This document shows, in pieces, positions 1 to 12,502 of a stretch of DNA of 64,000 nt. The notes beneath the pieces were generated by a model, which did no database searches, had not been told where the DNA came from, and saw only the letters and a program-made list of their open reading frames with translations. How positions within the stretch are numbered: position 1 is the first letter of the stretch; each line of letters opens with the position of its first letter. The stretch comes from Octopus vulgaris (lineage: Eukaryota), in the NCBI GenBank assembly GCA_951406725.2, contig OX597831.1, positions 10,850,001-10,914,000 of the forward strand. Reading direction: 5' to 3'. The position numbers and the translations under genes are program-made.

Positions 1-1670
1 TCGCATCATCAGAGCTGCAACTTACATTGTCAAGACACAACTCTTCATACAAATTCAATCATGCGCATGTACTGACCTACTCAACACCGGGACAGTTTAT
101 CCAAGCCAAACGGTGCATCTCTGTATAACAAATAACTATTTCGTTATCTTACAGTTGAGGTTTTCATATGCAATCTCATCCTCAAATAAACATACACACC
201 ATATTCCTTTTTAATTCATAATCTCAACTAGTTATACACGTTATTACGCTCCACGTCAATCCCGATTTACTAAATCTCGGATCGGATATCTTCCAGCATG
301 CCAATCCTATCTCTTTTGTATATAGTGTATGTAGATCTACATATTCACTAATATTCTTTTTTTCGGAAAAATTTCGAGTGCGCTGAGGGTAATATAGTTG
401 CTATATTTATCAGATTGAGTGCCATGGTCGAGCTTCCTCGCTAACGCACGACGACTAAGCGGATACCAGTTGAATGAATAAACCTATCTTTATATGACAT
501 GTGTTTAGTTATGATGGTGGGGTACTCAGTCTAGAGATTGATTTTTACTGAAAATAGAATGATTCCTAAACCACTTGAGGTCATCGAATGAAAGATCGAC
601 ATGAAATTGCGCTGCAGTAACACTTTCAGGTTAGATGTTGAAACAAAATACGTCTACAATTGATTTTCAACGAATGGCTAATATAGTTTCTCTTCAATGT
701 CAGTGGATCTAAAGTCACACAGAACACAACTGTTGTGGACTGGTCAAATCGTTAGGACAGCACGCAAAATGGTTTTATGTTCTAACTTTAACTTTGTTTC
801 CATCTTTTGTTTCCATCTTTCTGAAATCGATGACCACAAGTGCCACCTAAGTATTATGTTTCATTTATTAGCCTGATACAGGTGTCTCCCGGACTTTCTC
901 AACAATGAGACTACAGCTGAAAATCCCGAATAAATTGGTCTTAGTGTTCCTTAATTTTCAAGTTCAGATGATTGTACAAACTTCCAATGAAGAACGAATT
1001 CTTGTGTACAGATTTTTTCGCATTGAAAAAAAAAAAACAATAATGAGCCAATTCAACAGAAATATATCTAACGTGATACGTGGCACATCTGTCATTGATA
1101 GAAGAACACGAACGTTAGATTATTATTTCATAATTAAGTACAGTGAGTAATGATCCATATTTGTTGTTATATGAAACCAGACTGAAGGAGGTTAAGTTCC
1201 CAGACTTTCTAGCCATGAATATATTTTCCAGCCATATTTTACATTAGGCAACATTATTTAGTGTCTACATTTTTTGGAAAGAAATAAACGATAGTGCTAC
1301 CATTCAGGTCAATTTACCTGCTGTGTTCCTCTTATCAACAAGGCAACATTATCAAATATATTAGTTCAAAGGAAACCTAAAAGGCTTAGATTGAGCGAAA
1401 TTTACGTATATATATATATATATATATAGGTCAAATGACAGCATTCACTGGTTTGTCTAGATGATGTCTTCAGGGAATTAAGAGCCTATTTGCGTGTTTA
1501 TTTCTAACCGTTTCTTTTCTTTCAATTTCCCTTAATGAATGTTGTTTAAAAAGTGCATATTCAATTAACTTAGTATCCGATCATAATTTCACTTTATAAA
1601 TCCGAAAAAGGTAAGTTTCTAAGCACCACTAGGGTCTCTAAGTAATTAATATGGACTCTAAGACATTAAT

Positions 1671-1834
1671 TATTTCTTTACTTCCCACAAGGGGCAACAC
1701 ACTGAGGGGACAAACAAGGACAGACACACGGATTAAGTCGATTACATCGACCCCAGTGCGTAACTGGTACTTAATTTATCGACCCCGACAGGATGAAAGG
1801 CAAAGTCTACCTCGGCGGAACTTGAACTCAGAAC
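1671..1834 (-). mobile_element. SINE family A, 5'-truncated copy
   Basis: Reverse complement of the family A body and tail (GCCTTTCATCCTGTCGGGGTCGATAAATTAAGTACCAGTTACGCACTGGGGTCGATG...CCCCTTGTGGGAAGTAAAGAAATA); the family recurs more than 15 times in the window. Confidence 0.9.
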
Positions 1835-2634
1835 TTAGGGAAGCCCGAGAATTGCATTTTAAAAAGACATAATTATTGGATTATTGCGCACAGATAATTC
1901 GTTTGATCTGTTCTTGAAATACATGAAAACCTCATAGGGAGTAACCTTCTAATGAGAGTTCTGTCACTACGCATTCCCTTATGTCTAACAATCTTAGGAT
2001 GTTGTTGACATAATTTACAATTTCTTTACAAATTAAATATTTATAAATTTTTCCTCCTCCAATGGAATTTAAAGAATTATTATTTCTGTGAGTGAAAAAA
2101 TAATTAAAATTAAAATTCATATATATATTTTTTTACACAAACGAGCTATTAAATAATTAATGGTCATTTCCACACATTTATTTGAAACTAATGTACATAA
2201 TCTATTTTAAACATATTGCATGGAGTAATTATGTTATTAAAATATTGTTTTGGTTCTCAGTTAAAACTACACACACAGAGACAAACACACACGCATACGC
2301 AAGTGCATGTATATATATATATATACATGTGTGTGTGTGTGCGTGTGTGTGTGTGTATGAGTTGTGGGCGGATGTGTAGGAATGTATTATGTATATATGT
2401 ATGTATGTATGTATCTAAGTATGCATGTTTGAGCTAACGTTTCGTACCTGCTTAATATACTTAATGTTACAGAGATGAAATGTAATTTTGAATGCTTCCC
2501 AAATCGTATTATTCATTTCATCTAATTTATAATGTTAATTAAGACATCATATGCGTGTGCATATATATATATATATATGTATATATAAATATATAAATAT
2601 ATATATATATATATACATGTATATATGTATGTAT

Positions 2635-2804
2635 GTGGCTGTGTGGCTGTATGGTAAGTAGCTTGCTAACCAACCACATGGTTTCGGGTTCAGTCCCATT
2701 GCGTGGCATCTTGGGCAAGTGTTTTCTACTATAGCCCCGGGCCAACCAATGCCTTGTGAGTGGATTTGGTAGACGGAAACTGAAAGAAGCCTGTCGTATA
2801 TATG

Positions 2805-2837
<33 letters not shown>

Positions 2838-3055
2838 GTGTATGTGTGTGTTTGTGTGTTTGTGCTTGTCCCCCTAGCATTGCTTGACAACCGATGCTGG
2901 TGTGTTTACGTCCCCATCACTTAGCGGTTCGGCCAAAGAGACCGATAGAATAAGTACTGGGCTTACAAAAGAATAAGTCCCGGGGTCGATTTGCTCGACT
3001 AAAAGGCGGTGCTCCAGCATGGCCGCAGTCAAATGACTGAAACAAGTAAAAGAGT
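2635..3055 (+). mobile_element. SINE family C (tRNA head, CORE-like TTGGGCAAGTG, internal microsatellite, LINE-derived tail)
   Basis: TGGCTGTATGG A-box-like and GGTTCAGTCCC B-box-like motifs; near-identical to 33608-33990; ends GGCGGTGCTCCAGCATGGCCGCAGTCAAATGACTGAAACAAGTAAAAGAG. Confidence 0.9.
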
Positions 3056-3128
3056 ATACATACATACATATGTGTGTGTATATGAGAGAGAGAAAGTAAG
3101 AGAGGGAATGTGTTTGTGTCCATGCGTG

Positions 3129-3179
<51 letters not shown>

Positions 3180-3417
3180 TTCGTGCAGACGCATGCACAT
3201 ATACCACCGCCGTCATAAAGAGAAATGGTGAGGGGTAGGGGTGGGAGGGATAAAGAGAGGAAGATATTATGCTATGCAAGTTTTATTTAGGCGAGTGTCA
3301 GAGAAAGGAACAGATAAGACGTTTACGCATCAACTCTCTGCTGGAAACCATTCCACCTCACTTGTGCCATTAACATCATTGGAAGTCATACCACCTTAAA
3401 CTCTCTGTTTGCTTCAG

Positions 3418-3492
<75 letters not shown>

Positions 3493-3577
3493 TTTGTATG
3501 TATGTGTATATATGTATATATACATACATATATAACTATATATACATATATATATATATATACATATAAACATTTAC

Positions 3578-3608
<31 letters not shown>

Positions 3609-3686
3609 ACTATATACTTATATATATATATGTGTATATATATATATATATGTGTATATATATATGTGTATATATATATATATGTG

Positions 3687-3754
<68 letters not shown>

Positions 3755-3839
3755 TTTGTATGTATGTGTATATATGTATATATACATACATATATAACTA
3801 TATATACATATATATATATATATACATATAAACATTTAC

Positions 3840-3872
<33 letters not shown>

Positions 3873-4034
3873 ACTATATACTTATATATATATATGTGTA
3901 TATATATATATATATGTGTATATATATATGTGTATATATATAGTGTGTGTATATATATATATATATGTGTATATATATATATATATATGTGTGTATATAT
4001 ATATATATATGTTATATATATATGTGTATATATA

Positions 4035-4103
<69 letters not shown>

Positions 4104-4145
4104 ATACTTATATATATACGTATATACTTATATATACACATATGC

Positions 4146-4204
<59 letters not shown>

Positions 4205-4250
4205 TATGCACGTTTGTGTGCGTATGCGTTTGTGTGTATGTACATATATA
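3418..4250. repeat. Compound (TA)n/(TG)n microsatellite with an internal ~262-bp higher-order duplication
   Basis: The interrupting motifs TATAAACATTTACATG and TAACTATATACTTA recur about 262 bp apart (~3565 and ~3827). Confidence 0.9.
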
Positions 4251-4794
4251 TATTACCTCCATGCACCTACACAAAAAAGAAACCTGACTACAATTGCTCT
4301 TGGAATATGAAGAATAGGAATTTTATTCTGAGATGTGGAATGGTCTGTTATATTTTATTGCGTTTCTTTCCTTCTGATATAGCTGTGTTTTCTTTTTTTT
4401 TTCCATAGTTTGTATATATATTTTTTATGTGTGTATGTATGTATGTATGTATGTGCATTTACCTTCTTTGAGATATTATGAAAACCTATATTTCGACCTA
4501 CATTGACAGAAGATGCTCGTTTATCAGTTCCTTCGATGACAACTCCATTATTTTGGGTTATTTCTCTTCGGGTTACCAACTGTATTTTTTGACATTCCTC
4601 TTTTGAGAAATCGGTATATACGCTCGGTTGCGTGTCTACATATAGACTCTCACATGCACACACACAGACATAAAATGTACAAATATAAACGCATATATAC
4701 ATACATACACACACACATATATATATACACACATATTTATGCATATTCTTCTACAATGTATCTGTGTGTATCCTACGTATGCTTGTATGTGTAT

Positions 4795-4862
<68 letters not shown>

Positions 4863-5997
4863 ATATATATAGTATTTTTGTGTGTGTTTGAATATATGTA
4901 GTTTTGTTTTTATTTTTATATTACAGGCTATAAATCAAAATTCTAATTGTTTGCGTTGATTTTGTTTTCATTTTTTATTCAGAGCCTTTGAAGATAATCC
5001 CCATTAATCCTTTCAAACTTGACAGTTCACCGTCTCCCTCGTTGGTTGATAAATGTTTTAAAATAGTAACAATTCTTGTCAGTGGTTGTTGGCGACAATC
5101 AACTTAATAGTCGCCTGATATGTAGGACCGATATGCTTATATTTATAAGTAAATACGTATCCATGGGTTTCGATGTAATCTAACATATAGCCGAATAACC
5201 AAAACAGGTAGATCGCTTCCATTCGATGCCATGAACACTATCTAAGGCTCACACGGCGACTACTTTACCTATTTCAGTACATCACGTCTGTCGGTCTGTC
5301 ACCAAATTAAGCTGTTATTTGAACTAAGATAATTTATCGGGCACTTAGTACTAATAAGCTACTCAATTCTATTTCAATGCAACAGAGAGAGTATTTTGTT
5401 TATCTGCGTATTATGTACATTGTGTATTAAGCATGAATGGACACAATCACGGATCGATGGTTAGACATTTTTTCTTACAGCAACGCAATTTCCAGGTTTG
5501 GCAAGCCTCAGTTTGGCCAATGCCTTGCAACGTGAATATCCTAGATAGAAATATGCAGAAATCCGTCTGGCATGTTTAGACGTGAGATGTTACGGGCGTA
5601 TCTAAATTTCTGTGAATGCTATAAACATCGATGAGAATTCGAATCAAAAAATCTTTCGAACATAAATACCTGCTCAGTTGTTTGAATTGCACATTCACTC
5701 AACTTCAAATAGCCATCACACGAAAATAAGCTTGACCTTCACAAATATCTCCGAAGAGATATTGTCTCTCCTACCAGGTTAATATTTATGACCAAATGGA
5801 CAATTTTTCATTCTGCATGTGTTGGTTGGTGTTATGCATTGGCTCATACATATACATACATATATACATACATACATACATACATGCATGCATGCATACG
5901 TACATTCGTATATCTATATCTGTTATTTGCTACAGTCATTTGACTACGACCATGGTGGGGCACACACATATGCACAAATATATATATATATATATAT

Positions 5998-6399
5998 ATG
6001 GAGTTAAACGCAGGTGTTATTCAAATTCTTTTACTTCCGACACATGTTTCGAAGATATCACTGTATTATTCCAAAGGAATAAAATGATGTAAAAACAATG
6101 TAATCTTCTCTTCAGGGAAATGAAGAAATGAAACTCATCAATAAGACACTTAAACAGAAAATGATGGATATGTATTGCGATTAACTGAAACAAACTTAAT
6201 AGCCTTCAGTTAATCACAATACATATCTATCATTTTCTGTTAAAGTGTTTTATTGACAAGTTTCATTTCTTTATTTCCCTGAAGAGAATAATACATTGTT
6301 TTTACATCATTTAATTCCTTTGGAATAACACTAGTAACATCTTCAAAACATGTCTCGGAAGTAAGAGAGAATTTGAATAACACCTGCGTTTAACTCCAT
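5998..6399. mobile_element. Fold-back element with ~190-bp inverted arms and a 15-nt loop, carrying hammerhead motifs; probable Penelope-like pLTR derivative
   Basis: ATGGAGTTAAACGCAGGTGTTATTCAAATT... and ...AATTTGAATAACACCTGCGTTTAACTCCAT; arms 5998-6189 and 6205-6399; flanked by (TA)n. Confidence 0.85.
6033..6121 (-). ncRNA. Minimal type I hammerhead ribozyme, intact core
   Basis: Minus strand reads ATTTCC-CTGAAGA-GAAGAT...ATCTTC-GAAAC-ATGT-GTC-GGAAGT: stem I ATTTCC/GGAAGT, stem II GAAGAT/ATCTTC, self-complementary ACATGT at stem/loop III, GUC cleavage triplet. Confidence 0.8.
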
Positions 6400-6595
6400 T
6401 TATTTATTTATATATATGATACAAAATATTTCACGTAAACCCGAAGTTTCTACCTTTAAAAACAAGGAGTTACAACCTTTGTACTTGTGTGACTTTTTTT
6501 TTACTACTCGGCTAATTATTCATATATTCTTTCCGTGTTAACTTTTAACAAGAGAAACACACACACACACGCACACACAAACACACACACACACA

Positions 6596-7101
<506 letters not shown>

Positions 7102-7102
7102 T

Positions 7103-7190
7103 AAATTAGAGATAAAACCAGTATTAGGCAAATCAAGCAGTGAAAATCATAAGCCAATACATAGAAAAAAATTAATTAAAAAATATGAAA
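7103..7190. repeat. Unclassified dispersed repeat in (TA)n; copies also at ~50945-51025 and ~63648-63715
   Basis: Three copies of ATTAGAGA(T/C)AAA(A)CCA(C/G)TATTA...TCAA...CCAATAC. Confidence 0.7.
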
Positions 7191-7559
7191 TATAAATATA
7201 AAAAATATAAAATCTAAAATTCCAAATTAAAATATTTAAATTTAAGTTAAAATTTTAAAAATTATTTAAATAATTTAAACTTATAAATTTTATATATATA
7301 TATAGAGAGAGAGAGAGAGTGAGAGAGAGAGGGGGAAGAAAGAGAGAGAGGGAGAAAGAAATTTCAAAACTTTCGATTTGTAGGGATATAGAATCCACGA
7401 GTGTTCCGTAGTCGCTATTACCGGTTACTAATGCTGATTAACCTCATGGAGTGTATAAAAAAACTCAAGTTAGTTTGATTTATTAGCCTCAGTCTATCTT
7501 CGCATCGGTGAATCCAGATGTCTGTAAAGAGACTGCGTGTTTTCGGTAGAGAAAATAAT

Positions 7560-7860
7560 GAATTAATAATAAAGAAGAACAGAGATTTATATCCAGGTTT
7601 ATCCAGCAGATAATTATTCCTTTCCATTTCTGCATCTACATTTGTTTCTGTAGTAATTAATACACACTGCAAAATTTGCATTAGTATGTGCCTTTGTTGA
7701 TAATTGCCACGTCTTCAGGCTGCAGTCAACTGCACCCAAAGATGCATATTTTGCAGTGTGCATCAAGTGCTGTAGAAACATCAGGTGCAGAAATAAAAAG
7801 ACGTAATTAACTTCTGAATAAAACTGGATGTAAATCTCTGTTCTCCTTTATCATAAATTC
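7560..7860. mobile_element. Diverged fold-back element with ~120-bp arms and a hammerhead motif
   Basis: GAATTAATAATAAAGAAGAACAGAGATTTATATCCAG... is inverted as ...CTGGATGTAAATCTCTGTTCTCCTTTATCATAAATTC; followed by (TA)n. Confidence 0.75.
7630..7725 (-). ncRNA. Type I hammerhead ribozyme motif with slightly decayed stems
   Basis: Minus strand: CTGCAGC-CTGAAGA-CGTGGCAATTA...TAATTACTACA-GAAAC-AAAT-GTA-GATGCAG; stem I 6/7 paired, stem II 9/11 paired. Confidence 0.65.
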
Positions 7861-7863
7861 ATG

Positions 7864-7924
<61 letters not shown>

Positions 7925-7954
7925 TGTGTGTGCGGGTGTGTGTGTGTGTATGTA

Positions 7955-8123
7955 TATATACGACGGGCTTCTTTCAGTGTCCGTCTACAAAATACACTCG
8001 CAAGGCTGTAGTTGACCCCAGGCAGCAGTGGGAGGCTAGCCCATGGTGCCACCTACTGGGATTGAACCATGAATCATGTGGTTTGGAAGTAAACCTCTTA
8101 CTGCTTAGTGATGCCTCCGCCTA
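7955..8123 (-). mobile_element. SINE family C, diverged 5' half
   Basis: Reverse complement of the family C head up to GTAGACGGACACTGAAAGAAGCCCGTCG, followed by the microsatellite. Confidence 0.75.
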
Positions 8124-8398
8124 AATATATTTGTATGTTCACCAGAATAAGCAGAAAAATGTGAAACAATGTGAGAAAAATTAGTACTCGAATACCGGAG
8201 GTAGAGTTATATGCTTCATTGTTAAAGCTGCAAAAACAACACAAATATGTCACAAAAAACTGCAGTTATTTGTGATATTTTTGTGATGTATTTGTATGTA
8301 TGTATGCATGTGTATATGTATTTATGTAGGCAGGTAGGCAGGTAGGCAGGTAGGTAGGTAGGTAAGTAGGTAGGTAAATAGATAGATAAATAGATAGG

Positions 8399-8552
8399 GA
8401 GAGTTTACGAAAAAGGAACAAAAGACGAAGACAGGTGGTGTACAAAACAAACAGATGTATTAGTATAACGCTCAGGAATAGAAAAAGTCTTTTGCGTTTC
8501 GAGCCTACGCTCTTCTACAGAAAGGGACACAGGAAGAAACAAGGAGAGAAAA

Positions 8553-8553
<1 letters not shown>
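8399..8553 (-). mobile_element. Dispersed repeat D with a hammerhead-like motif; second copy at 63470-63622
   Basis: Two highly similar copies; minus strand CTGTAGA-A-GAGC-GTAG-GCTC-GAAAC-G. Confidence 0.8.
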
Positions 8554-8607
<54 letters not shown>

Positions 8608-9979
8608 CATAGATAGCCAGATAGACAGACAAACAGACAGACAAATAGATAGATAGATATTGACATATAAACGTACATGTATGTACATATAGCTGTATAC
8701 ATATATATTTGTATGTATATGTGAGTGCGTGTATATGTGTCTGTTTGTGCGCGCGCGTGCAGGTGTGTGTGTTTGTATATATATTCTGGATTCTGTTTAA
8801 TTAAGATTCATTAGTACAAAAAATAACAAAAAAAAATACTTGCACCAAGTCTGTTTCGGTTTCACTTTTACGAGGTTTTACGATAACGAGATAAAATAAT
8901 AAAGACAACGACAAACCGATGTTTTGCTTATTGATCAACAGTAATGGTAATGCAGGCTCTGGAACAAACAGGAACGAATCAAAGAAAAAAATATAAATGC
9001 TGAGCTTAGGTGAACTATATTTAATTGAGTCTCTTTATCTGACACGCTCACAAATATTTAGTCTTCGATAATTAACGATATTGAAGAAATATATTAAGTG
9101 TAGAGAATCACATTATCTTGATTAACTGGCACTAACGCCTAATACAGACGAAAAGCTGGTTTTTATTTCTGTCTGTCATCAATTATATTCCTGATATCTT
9201 CATCAGTCAACGGCTCGAGTACTGATGCGCTACTTCCGTAACTTCTGTCTCGTACGTTTGACATATCTATATATCTATAACTCTTAATATAATCTGTCCA
9301 ACAATTGCAACCTCATATACCGTTCTGTTAAATCTCTAATTATCATTTAAAAAACAGTTCTTTAAACTCGAGATTAGCGACGAACGAATTATTAATACAG
9401 AATAGCATTCTGTATGTCTTACTTAACGTGGGTATACTTTCGAAAGCCGCAATACTTCAGTAATCGTCTAGCGCAGTGTTTTTCCATCTTTTTAATATCT
9501 GGGTCAAACCCTAAACCTCGATTTTTTAGAGGGCTGCACTAGAAAAAAAAAGTAAAATAGAGGTGAAGTAATGAAAAACATTAAGATATTAATATGAGGG
9601 CCGCCGGAAGGGTGCTTGAGGGCCGCACGGGTGCTGGGAACCGCGTTTGATATGTGTCTCGAAACTGTCACGGCGAGGGGGCAATTGCTAAATCATAATT
9701 TCTGTATTTTTGCACGTCATCCACAACAAGTATTCACTATCAACCTCTTAGCAAATTTCGCTTCTACCAATATAGAAAACAAATAGCAACTAAGGAATCA
9801 CTGGTGGCTCAAATCGTGGGCCGTGTAAAAATTCGTTACTAACGATAGAGACAGTATTGGTTCAGAAAAGCATTTAGTATACCGTTATATTTAATTATTT
9901 TAAACTTTGAATACATGTAAACCCGTAAAATGAGAGGTAGGTCCCGAAATGGTGTGCATTCTCTCCTGGTAATACAATA

Positions 9980-10650
9980 AAGGTTGCTAGCATTCAGTGT
10001 GCGGAGCTTACAACTGGCAGCTTGTTCCATTGTGAAAAGTCAATGGTTTTGCATGAAATCAATAGTATGCATTGAATCAGGATTCTCCTCTCTCACATCT
10101 ATGATGTTAATCTTATCTGTGATGTCCTCTCTCTTATCTATGATGTTGGTCTTGTTCATGATTGCCCACTATCTTATCTATGATCTTACTATAGTGTCTA
10201 TGAAATCAATACCGTTGTATCTTTTCTTCTAAATAAGTGTAAGCCACTTGAGAGTGAAAACAGGATTTTTAAAGTGAACCAGGATTACTTCAAAGTGTGA
10301 ATTGCAATTTCAAAGAAAGCAAATTTAATTTGCACATTTTTTTTTCTTATATTAAGACAGCAAAATGATAAACATGAAGCAAAGATAGCTGATACAATGT
10401 AAAAGTGGACAATACGCTGCGCTACTAATTGTAAAACGAAAGAAGTAACAAACCAATCCATCACCCTGAGAAACGATAAAATTTTTCATGAGATTAGAAT
10501 TGACAGAAACAAAAAACCCAGCTTGGAAGCCATTGGTGCATTTTAAAACCCCAAGGGATGCTTTCATTGTTGACATTATAAATGTTGTAAGGGGGTTTTC
10601 AATGTTATATCGTTTATCGAATAAATCTCTTTGTGTTAATCTCACTTTCA
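9980..10650 (-). pseudogene. Possible decayed P-element/THAP9-like transposase fragment
   Basis: Fragmentary peptides (GFFVSVNSNLMKNFIVSQGDG; MHTIDFMQNH*LF) resemble from memory the C-terminal half of THAP9-like transposases; not verified. Confidence 0.3.
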
Positions 10651-10861
10651 AGCCACTCTTCGCACTTCGAAGTGGCACAATTTTTCATTCGGAAATCATT
10701 AATCTCTATCCCTCCGCTATTCTCTCTCTCTCTCTCTCTCCTCACTCAGAGGAGGAAGGGGAGCAGGGGGGCCGAGCTCTCATTTTGAAGTGAGATATCC
10801 TCGAATACATTTAGAAACAATGTAGTGACTACTTCTTTTACTGAATCTCTAAAGATCGTGA

Positions 10862-11095
10862 TGACGCGTAGCCCAGTGGTTAGGGTGTTTGCGCGCAGGA
10901 TCGTAATTTCGGTCCTCAAAGGAGGAAGTGGTGCGTTGTGTTTATGAACAAGAGACTACATTTAACGTTGTTCCTGTCCACTTATCTCTAAATAAGTAAA
11001 TTTGGGAGAGACTGATGTGTCCGTTCATGGAGAATGTTTTGAAGTAGGTTACTCGTACGCAATGGAAACAGAAGAAGAGGACCTAGGATTTCTGT
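10862..11095 (+). mobile_element. Old tRNA/CORE-type SINE (family E); related copies at ~42340-42480 (+) and ~46060-46280 (-)
   Basis: TAGCCCAGTGGTTAGGG head followed by GCGTTGTGTTTATGAACAAGAGACTACATTTAACGTTG...GTCCACT. Confidence 0.55.
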
Positions 11096-11943
11096 GGATG
11101 AAAATAATAAGTTCAACATTTAGATATTCAAAGAAACAAAAGTAGATACATTTCAACATTTAGATGGACGTTCTAAGACTCGCTATCACGCTATCCCCCA
11201 AGAACAGTCTGAATTTTTTTTCTGGCGCCCGATAATCCTGCATGAAAAAAAAATATTATTTGTTCTGTTATTATTAGTGATAAAATGCATATAATTTATC
11301 ACACTCATGAGAAAACATACGTTTCAATAGCTTTATTATGATGCATTTATATGGGAAGAAATAAATATGTCCATTTATTTAGGTTGGAATATACAAGAAT
11401 ATCGAACTATTTGTTGTATTCATAATTTAGATGTTCCGTGCAAAACTTAATGGATCTAACTTTATTGTAACTTTAATAGAAGAAGGAAAATTTGAATAAC
11501 CACAACAAAAGTGAATGAAGCAAAAATACAATGCAAGAGTTTTAATGATAAATAAAGTTTGTATTTCATACACGTTTCCCCTGACGTCTATACTAAATTA
11601 CTTACGGTCAATATATTTTAGCAACGAGAGTAACAAAAGTAGCTGTTGAATGCAAATGTAAACTAAGGAACGATCAAAATAAAATATATATAAAAATGGC
11701 ATTCGTCTTGTTGTTGGGGTATCAGACATAACAGTTGTGTAACTGTAAACAGGAGATGAAAGTTTAAAACGTAATTTTCAAAATTATATTCTTCGTATGA
11801 ATAATTAATTCGCTTCCTTCCGTTGGTGAATTGATACTCGCATTATATATTTCTATTGTATGGATGAGAAAGTTTAATGATTCCAGTCGCAAACAAACAT
11901 CAGGAGTGAGACGAAAGGAGATTTTTCGGTTAAGAAATGAGAA

Positions 11944-12327
11944 TGGAAGCACTCCGTCGGTTAAGACGATGAGGGTTCCGGTTGATCCGAATCAACGGAA
12001 CAGCCTGCTCGTGAAATTAACGTGTAAGTGGCTGAGCACTCCACAGACACGTGTACCCTTAACGTAGTTCTCGGGGATATTCAGCGTGACACAGAGTGTG
12101 ACAAGGCCGGCCCTTTGAAATACAGGTACAACAGAAACAGGAAGTAAGAGTGAGAGAAAGTTGTGGTGAAAGAGTACAGCAGGGATCGCCACCATCCCTG
12201 CCGGAGCCTCGTGGAGCTTTAGGTGTTTTCGCTCAATAAAAACTCACAACGCCCGGTCTGAGAATCGAAACCGCGATCCTATGACCACGAGTCCGCTGCC
12301 CTAACCACTGGGCCATTGCGCCTCCAC
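11944..12327 (-). mobile_element. SINE family B (tRNA-Arg-like head, resembles octopus OR SINEs), tail type 1, full length
   Basis: A box TGGCCCAGTGG, TCG anticodon-like loop, B box GTTTCGATTC; TSD GGTTAAGAAAT at 11928-11938 and 12328-12338. Confidence 0.92.
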
Positions 12328-12502
12328 GGTTAAGAAATATATACCTCAACTACCAAAAGCAGCAGCAGCAGCAGTCGTAGTAATCGCTTCAAATTTTCAC
12401 ACAGACATCAATTTCGGGGAAGGGGGTAGGTCGATTAGATTGATCTCACTTCTAAACTGGTAATTTATTTATCGACCCCGAAAGGATGAAAGGCAAATTT
12501 CT

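Noticed and set aside
1-20. TCATCAG (CTGATGA on the minus strand) at the window edge
   Set aside because: The rest of a possible hammerhead would lie outside the window and cannot be assessed
1435-1480. Minus-strand CTGAAGA...CAAAC-CA-GTG next to (TA)n
   Set aside because: No stem II pairing, no GAAA and no NUH triplet; too degenerate to call
3026-3050. SINE C tail hairpin followed by GAAAC-AA-GTA resembles a hammerhead 3' half
   Set aside because: No CUGANGA upstream; better explained as the LINE-recognition stem-loop
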